Virus record (IMG/VR): IMGVR_UViG_3300011013_000004
Span: 1-36,131 of that record
Direction: 5' to 3' (one strand)
Length of the DNA stretch: 36,131 bases
Origin: a virus
Part shown: in pieces, positions 30,838 to 36,131 of the stretch
How the letters are laid out: each line of letters opens with the position of its first letter
Numbering within the stretch: the first letter of the stretch is position 1
The notes under the pieces: generated by a model
Database searches by the model: none
The model's input: only the letters and a program-made list of their open reading frames with translations
What the model was told of the DNA's origin: nothing
Position numbers and translations under genes: made by a program

Positions 30838-31392
30838 ATGGGAATTTCAAATGATTTAATTCTGGCTTGTAACGAGCAAAACAGAGCAGCTTTAGCGAGA
30901 ATTTTCCTCATTGAAACTTGCAACATTGATTCTTTTACGGCAGGGAGTTTACAGGACTTCACGGCAGTAACAACAGGAGTTGGTGATGTATGGTACGAAT
31001 ACGAGGGAGAATTTAAAACTAAGAGTTTCAACTCTGAGGGTACTAACGAAAACGGAACGGCTACTTTCACGAACACGATTGAGTTCAAAGTACGTGGAGT
31101 GGATAAGACCAAAGGTAAGAGATTACAAGAGGTTGTGGACGCCAGAGAGGTTACGGCAGTAATAGAAGGAACAAACTCTACTGGAACGTATCTAAGGGCG
31201 TTTGTTGTCGGTTGGGATAACATTATCGGAAAAGAGGCAAGTTGTATGGCTAATGTCAATACGGCTATTGAAGGCGAACTTTCTGGTGCTAATGAATACA
31301 CCATAACCCTAACGGCTGAACACGCAGAGATAGTACGAGAATACGTTGGTTCAATAACTGCCAACTCTGGAACTATAAACTTTGGTTCGTAA
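30838..31392 (+). CDS. Putative major tail (tube) protein
   Basis: 184-aa beta-rich ORF following the capsid gene and followed by a strong terminator, which suggests a highly expressed gene. Call rests on position and composition only. Confidence 0.45.
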   Translation: MGISNDLILACNEQNRAALARIFLIETCNIDSFTAGSLQDFTAVTTGVGDVWYEYEGEFKTKSFNSEGTNENGTATFTNTIEFKVRGVDKTKGKRLQEVVDAREVTAVIEGTNSTGTYLRAFVVGWDNIIGKEASCMANVNTAIEGELSGANEYTITLTAEHAEIVREYVGSITANSGTINFGS

Positions 31393-31410
31393 TTTATTTT
31401 AACTAACTTT

Positions 31411-31446
31411 GAGGGGTGGATGGTGGATGCTATTCACCCCTTTTTT
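31411..31446 (+). terminator. Rho-independent terminator after the capsid/tube genes
   Basis: aggggtg (31412-31418) pairs with cacccct (31435-31441); the stem can extend to about 12 bp around a 6-nt loop. T6 at 31441-31446. Confidence 0.75.
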
Positions 31447-31455
31447 GTAGAAATT

Positions 31456-31614
31456 ATGAAGTATAAAGTATTAGACAAGTATGTAGATTGTGCTATCAGC
31501 GATTCAGATGGTCAGCACATCTTATCAAAGGCAACGCAAAGCGAACTAAAAAAACTATACGAGAGTGGACATAAAGACAAAATCCAACGGACAGAGGAAA
31601 AGTCCAAGAAATAG
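31456..31614 (+). CDS. Small ORF (52 aa) overlapping the portal start
   Basis: ATG 31456 lies just after the terminator. The track start at 31420 sits inside the terminator stem. Overlaps the portal ORF by 50 nt in another frame. Confidence 0.3.
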   Translation: MKYKVLDKYVDCAISDSDGQHILSKATQSELKKLYESGHKDKIQRTEEKSKK

Positions 31615-32827
31615 GATTCTTGCCAGTGTCACAGGAGTACAGACGCCAAATGTTACCAGAGAGAACATAAACCAAACAAAGACGAGGTCTAAATGGATTC
31701 CTTTCTTTGAGGGTTCGAATAATGTTTGGATAAATGATTTAGCGTTAAGAAAGCGACGTTCCTCAACTAATGGTGCAGTTTTAGAAAGTAAAGTTGTTTA
31801 TTCAGTAGGCAGTAAATTGCTTTATTCTGAGGACTTAACAGACCCCCAAATTGATTACGCTGAAGCCATAAACTCAAACGATGAAACCTTATATGAGGTT
31901 TATAAGAAAATCCAGAGTGATTACATTGTCTTTGGCAACGCTTATATAGAAGTCGTAAAAGAGGGTGATAGAGTTAATCTATTTCATAGGGATGCTACTA
32001 CTATACGACTTTCACAAGATGGAGAGAGGGCGTATATTTCTAATTTCTGGCGGGATATAGGAACAGACACAACCTACCCTAATAAACAATTTCCTATAAG
32101 CGAGATTGACTTAACTGGAACAGAGAGTAACTACTTAATACACGTTAAAAACTACGAACCAGAATACCAAACTTATGGAGTGCCAGATTACTCAGGTGCT
32201 TTAAAAGACGCAGACATAGAGTATAAAATTTCCACGTTTAATCTTGATAAATTAGATAACGGATTCTTCCCAAGTGTTTTGCTTCAACTTTTTGGAGAGC
32301 CACCAGACGGCAAAGACCCTGAGCAATACATAAAAGATATTGTAAAAAAATACACAGGAGAGGGTAATTCAAGAAAGGTAGTTGCTGAACTCTTAGACGA
32401 CAAAGAACAGGCAGCCAATATACACGAATTTACCACCCCGCAGACAGGAGAGTTTTTACAACTTAAACAACTTGCAAAAGAAGGAATTATAGAAGGTCAC
32501 AGATGGCACTCAGCTTTAATGATGCAAGTAAGTGGAAAGTTGGCAAATTCAAGTGATATAAGGACGGCTTTTGAAATGGTAAACAACTCAGTAATTCCAT
32601 CATATCGAAAACCTATTTTAACGGCTTTTGAGGACGTTTTAGTCGATACTATATTAGGAGGTCTAAAAATAAGAATAATGCCTATACGACCCGTGTCAAG
32701 TGCTGATAGGGTTACTCTTACTGATGTTTGGACAATCAATGAACTAAGAGAGGAAACAGGCAAAGAACCAATCGAAGATTTGGAAGGTGAGTTTGTAAAA
32801 AAGGAAACAAAAGAAAATGGCGTTTAA
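31565..32827 (+). CDS. Portal protein
   Basis: 420 aa. YGVPDYSGALKDADIEYKISTFNLDKLDNGFFPSVLLQLFG fits the portal-family core. The frame opens at 31550 and has no ATG before residue 330 or so, so the start is GTG 31565. Confidence 0.65.
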   Translation: MDIKTKSNGQRKSPRNRILASVTGVQTPNVTRENINQTKTRSKWIPFFEGSNNVWINDLALRKRRSSTNGAVLESKVVYSVGSKLLYSEDLTDPQIDYAEAINSNDETLYEVYKKIQSDYIVFGNAYIEVVKEGDRVNLFHRDATTIRLSQDGERAYISNFWRDIGTDTTYPNKQFPISEIDLTGTESNYLIHVKNYEPEYQTYGVPDYSGALKDADIEYKISTFNLDKLDNGFFPSVLLQLFGEPPDGKDPEQYIKDIVKKYTGEGNSRKVVAELLDDKEQAANIHEFTTPQTGEFLQLKQLAKEGIIEGHRWHSALMMQVSGKLANSSDIRTAFEMVNNSVIPSYRKPILTAFEDVLVDTILGGLKIRIMPIRPVSSADRVTLTDVWTINELREETGKEPIEDLEGEFVKKETKENGV

Positions 32828-33317
32828 TACTAAGATAGTTTTAACTTCAGATATAGTCACAGAATGTGTGCCAGATGCTTCATTTGACGAGGAAGTGTTT
32901 ACTAATTATATCTTACCTGCACAGAGATCTTATTTAAGGGATTTACTTGGCGAGGATTATTATAATACAATCCTAACGAGTGTAGAAACGACAACGTGGG
33001 TGACTGAAGATGAAACCTTATATGATAATTTTATTAAGTCAATGATGTGTTGGTACGTTTTATATGACGCTTTGCCACAAGTGAGGAATCATATTACGAG
33101 TCAGGGAATAATGGTTAATAATACGGAGTTTTCTCAGCAGAGTTCAAGGACTGACTACGGAGCATTGAGAAACTCTATTTTAGCACAAGCCGAGAGGTGG
33201 AAGAAAGACCTAAAACAATACATAAAAGATATTCAAGAAGATAATTCAAGTGCTTATCCTGATTATGACGATGGAAAGGACGAGAGCAGTAATAAGTATG
33301 GGTTTATACTAATATGA
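32817..33317 (+). CDS. Putative head-tail connector/adaptor protein
   Basis: Immediately follows the portal gene with an 11-nt overlap. ILPAQRSYLRDLLGEDYYNTIL is a pattern common in gp6-like adaptors. Weak evidence. Confidence 0.45.
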   Translation: MAFNTKIVLTSDIVTECVPDASFDEEVFTNYILPAQRSYLRDLLGEDYYNTILTSVETTTWVTEDETLYDNFIKSMMCWYVLYDALPQVRNHITSQGIMVNNTEFSQQSSRTDYGALRNSILAQAERWKKDLKQYIKDIQEDNSSAYPDYDDGKDESSNKYGFILI

Positions 33318-33661
33318 TAATAGTAGGTGGATATGACTTGTCAGGGGGTAATAATAACTGGACTTCTACAAAGTTAGACCAGTATTCCTTTTTCTATTTA
33401 GATTTATTCTGGAGAAACGGCACAGGAACGCCAGTAATAACAATACGACAAAGTGATACCGACGTTTGGGAAACGATAGAAACCATTACTTTGAGTGGAG
33501 AATTTACAGAAGTTAATAACATAAATCAAAGCAAAAAATATATGAATATTCAATTTACTGGAACGGCAACAGGAAAGTTCTCAGCAGAGCTAACACCTAA
33601 ACAAAGTGCCTTACAAGTAGTTGAAGAAAACGCCAAAAGATATACTTTATTAAATGCCTGA
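33314..33661 (+). CDS. Hypothetical virion protein (115 aa)
   Basis: ATGA-coupled ORF in the structural block. Confidence 0.5.
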   Translation: MIIVGGYDLSGGNNNWTSTKLDQYSFFYLDLFWRNGTGTPVITIRQSDTDVWETIETITLSGEFTEVNNINQSKKYMNIQFTGTATGKFSAELTPKQSALQVVEENAKRYTLLNA

Positions 33662-34418
33662 GAGTTTACATATAGACATACCTAACGCACAAATCCACCC
33701 GCCAAAGGATTTCACGACTGCGTCAAAGAACGCACAGATTCTTAAAAGCGAGAAAGGTTCTTTAAGTTGGGAGCAAAGAACGTCATTACCACCAGTTAAT
33801 CAATTCATTGACGCTACGTCAGGAGCAGCAGCAGAGGTTGACCAAGACGCCTACATTTTAGTTGGCACACCTTCATCAGATTGGGATGGTGCTTTAGAAA
33901 ATGACTTTGTAAGGTATGATTCAAGTTTAGACACTTGGTTTGCTATAACACCCACCGAAGGGATGCGAGTATATGACAAGTTATATGATGGGTTCTGGAC
34001 TTATGTTTCAGATTTAGGAGTTAGCAAATGGACAGGAACTTTTCAGAAGTCAGTCACTATTAATTCAACTCAGGCAAAAGCGTTATTCACTACACCGATT
34101 CAGATAGTTGCAGCACCAGTAGGAAAGAGTATTACTTTAATAGATTGGACAATAGAAACCGACTTCACTACACCCGCTTATTCCGCAGAAGATACGTTAT
34201 GGTTAAAAACTGAAACGGCTACAATCCCACAAGGAGTAGATACGACAAGTTTATTAAGTAGTGTTTCAAGGATTAAGAAAGGGGAACTTTATAGCGGTTC
34301 GTGGTTGGCTACTGACACTCAAATTATAGAAGCTAAGAAGTTAGAATTAACAACAGATTCAGCAGACCCGACTTTAGGGAACTCATCTTATATAGTAACG
34401 GCTAATTTTTGGCTATGA
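33654..34418 (+). CDS. DUF2793-like tail-associated protein (254 aa)
   Basis: VGTPSSDWDGALENDFVRYDSSLDTWFAITPTEGMRVYD resembles the W...W.F..P..G motif of DUF2793 (from memory). Confidence 0.45.
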   Translation: MPESLHIDIPNAQIHPPKDFTTASKNAQILKSEKGSLSWEQRTSLPPVNQFIDATSGAAAEVDQDAYILVGTPSSDWDGALENDFVRYDSSLDTWFAITPTEGMRVYDKLYDGFWTYVSDLGVSKWTGTFQKSVTINSTQAKALFTTPIQIVAAPVGKSITLIDWTIETDFTTPAYSAEDTLWLKTETATIPQGVDTTSLLSSVSRIKKGELYSGSWLATDTQIIEAKKLELTTDSADPTLGNSSYIVTANFWL

Positions 34419-34735
34419 TTCAGGAGAAGTTATTAGGACAATTAAGACCATCAAGCACAAGTGCTGAGGTGGTTTACTCTGTACCTTCTGAAACGACTGC
34501 GATTGTTAAAACTATAACTATTGCGAATACCTCTAATAGTGCGGTTAAGTATAGTATTTTTGTAAGTGAGGGAACTACCTATGATGAAACTACTGCGATT
34601 ATATGGGAAGTAAGTTTAGCAAAAAATAATAGTGACGTTTTAAATATGTTTATTGCCTTAACGGGAAATGTAGCGTTTGAAATTGATGGTGCTAATGATG
34701 CCACGATAACATTATTCGGTGCAGAAATAACGTAG
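34415..34735 (+). CDS. Hypothetical small beta-rich protein (106 aa)
   Basis: ATG 34415 forms an ATGA overlap with the upstream stop and is preferred to TTG 34409. Confidence 0.5.
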   Translation: MIQEKLLGQLRPSSTSAEVVYSVPSETTAIVKTITIANTSNSAVKYSIFVSEGTTYDETTAIIWEVSLAKNNSDVLNMFIALTGNVAFEIDGANDATITLFGAEIT

Positions 34736-34736
34736 A

Positions 34737-35054
34737 ATGAGAATAGGGAGCAACATAGCAGAATTAGAGCAGAAGGATTTCGACACGAATACTAATGAAT
34801 CAACCGATTTGTTAAAATTGGACAATCAGAGGTTGGTTGGTTTTTACATCAATCCAGAAAGCGGAACGCATAATAATCATATTTTAATGCTGCAAGTAAG
34901 TAGTAATGGCGTAGATTTTTACGACACATCAGCATCCTTAACAGGGTGCGGTGCTATGCCTGACCAATGGTTTTCGGCTAATTATGTTCGACTAAAAATA
35001 ACAACCCCAGAAGGTTCAGAATCAAAAGTAACAATTAATATAATAGCAAAATGA
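34737..35054 (+). CDS. Hypothetical small protein (105 aa)
   Basis: ATG lies 1 nt after the upstream stop. ATGA-coupled downstream. Confidence 0.5.
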   Translation: MRIGSNIAELEQKDFDTNTNESTDLLKLDNQRLVGFYINPESGTHNNHILMLQVSSNGVDFYDTSASLTGCGAMPDQWFSANYVRLKITTPEGSESKVTINIIAK

Positions 35055-35542
35055 GAAAGAGTACAATAGTAGAAACTGCGGTAGGCAGAACAAAAGTAAT
35101 AAACATAACAGGAGCATCAGTAGGAGCAACGGCAACCACTTACGCAGATGGTGATTTAATAGGAAACAAGATAACCCTAACAGACGCAGCGTTAGAGGCA
35201 GGGTCAGAATCAACTTTAGTAAATGTTACTTTAGGAGATTTAGACAAACAAGACATTGCGTTAGATTTGGTTATCTTTAACGCAGACCCAACTGGAACAA
35301 CCTTTACAGACGATTCAGCTTTAACGATAGCTGACGCAGATATTCCAAAGATTTGCGGAGTGACAAGCATAGATACTTATTATGACTTTGCAGACAACTC
35401 AGTAGCCACTAAACCCAATATCGGGATAGTATGCGAAGCAAGTGGAAGTGACGACCTTTACGCTTGTTTAATTTCAAGGGGTGCGGGAACATATACTGCA
35501 AACTCTTTGAGTTTAATTTTAACCTTTTATCAGGACTTTTAA
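35051..35542 (+). CDS. Hypothetical tail-associated protein (163 aa)
   Basis: Coupled (TAATG) to the LamG adhesin gene. Thr/Asp/Ala-rich, beta-type composition. Confidence 0.5.
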   Translation: MRKSTIVETAVGRTKVINITGASVGATATTYADGDLIGNKITLTDAALEAGSESTLVNVTLGDLDKQDIALDLVIFNADPTGTTFTDDSALTIADADIPKICGVTSIDTYYDFADNSVATKPNIGIVCEASGSDDLYACLISRGAGTYTANSLSLILTFYQDF

Positions 35543-36131
35543 TGCGACAGAAAAAGCGTCTTATGTTATGGAGAGGTGAGGGAATAACCCCTGCACCCTC
35601 ATTTGCAAATACTTATTCTCTGGACTTTGACGGGGTGAATGATTATGTAGATTGTGGAGATATAGATGCACTTGATAATGTAAGCACTTTCACAATTTCA
35701 GTTTGGTTCAAATTAGATGGTACAGGCAACAATGATACTATCTTTGCAAAAACCACAGATGCAAACAATCGGATAGACATTATTAAACACTCAAACGGAA
35801 TTTTATACTTCCAACTCCACTCAGGGGGAAATGGTTATTTAGGAGTAAATTTTTCAGATTTAGGATGGAATCACGTAGCAATGGTATTTGATGGTAGTCA
35901 AGGGGGTACGATTCCAGCAGCACCATATTATCAAGCAGGATTACAATGTTACTTAAATGGTTCAAAGATTACGACTTTTAATGTAGGAAGTGGAACAATC
36001 CCTACAACAACACCGACATTATCTAATAACTTTTTAATTGGTGAGTATGATGTTTCAGCAGGTTACTTTTTAGAGGGCAAAGTAGATGAATTAAGCATCT
36101 GGAGTACGGCTCTAACTGATGCAAATATTTC
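35542..36131 (+). CDS. 5' part of the tandem LamG-domain adhesin gene (continues at base 2 after collapsing the overlap)
   Basis: ATG 35542 overlaps the upstream TAA. First LamG repeat: YSLDFDGVNDYVDCG...FTISVWFKL...WNHVAMVFDG...GYFLEGKVDELSIWSTAL. No stop before the window end. Confidence 0.75.
   Translation, partial: MRQKKRLMLWRGEGITPAPSFANTYSLDFDGVNDYVDCGDIDALDNVSTFTISVWFKLDGTGNNDTIFAKTTDANNRIDIIKHSNGILYFQLHSGGNGYLGVNFSDLGWNHVAMVFDGSQGGTIPAAPYYQAGLQCYLNGSKITTFNVGSGTIPTTTPTLSNNFLIGEYDVSAGYFLEGKVDELSIWSTALTDANI
36009..36131. repeat. Terminal overlap copy B (identical to 1-123)
   Basis: See copy A. Confidence 0.95.

Noticed and set aside
30980-31162. Short + strand alternative-frame ORFs inside larger genes (30980-31162, 705-902)
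   Set aside because: They are embedded in better-supported longer ORFs, have no independent start context and show no motifs.

Overview
The window is one complete, circularly closed tailed dsDNA phage genome plus a wrap-around. Bases 1-123 are identical to 36009-36131, so the unit is 36,008 bp. All of the roughly 60 credible genes are on the + strand and are tightly packed with ATGA/TAATG/GTGA start-stop overlaps. The long minus-strand ORFs are antisense shadows. I found no tRNA, rRNA, CRISPR array, transposase or integrase.

Expression signals look Bacteroidota-like: TTTG-N19/20-TAnnTTTG promoters, no Shine-Dalgarno sequences, and a visibly AT-rich sequence. The host is therefore probably a Flavobacteriia-type bacterium. 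Size and composition remind me of Flavobacterium phage 11b, but that is memory, not a search result.

Gene order:
- 3' half of a tandem-LamG adhesin gene that wraps the window ends
- lysis cassette (TM/coiled-coil protein, two lipoproteins, M15-peptidase endolysin), a metallophosphoesterase, and a terminator
- two early operons of small unknown ORFs driven by twin promoters
- ERF / exonuclease / SSB-like recombination module
- replication module: a DUF1376/O-like initiator with internal iteron-like repeats, an SF4 helicase, a PD-(D/E)xK protein, and a stand-alone DnaA-domain-IV-like HTH preceded by a duplicated 62-bp palindromic element
- DNA-modification block: SNF2 helicase, SPPF beta-class DNA methyltransferase, NinG/Rap, ParB-like protein, FkbM-family methyltransferase, and a TET/JBP-like 2OG-Fe(II) dioxygenase
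- terS and terL
- a GT-A glycosyltransferase embedded among virion genes
- tail genes, including a 949-aa protein and a 956-aa TP901-type tape measure
- a small regulatory islet
- ClpP-like protease-scaffold, major capsid, tube-like protein, and a terminator
- portal, connector and small beta-rich proteins

The best candidate for a new system is the translationally coupled ParB-like / FkbM-methyltransferase / TET-JBP cassette at 14648-16723. It may work with the distant glycosyltransferase (19532-20242) and the SNF2 helicase. The genome shows no recognisable C5-cytosine methyltransferase, which suggests a non-canonical DNA base hypermodification route.

All domain calls come from reading motifs in the supplied translations. 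No database search was run.
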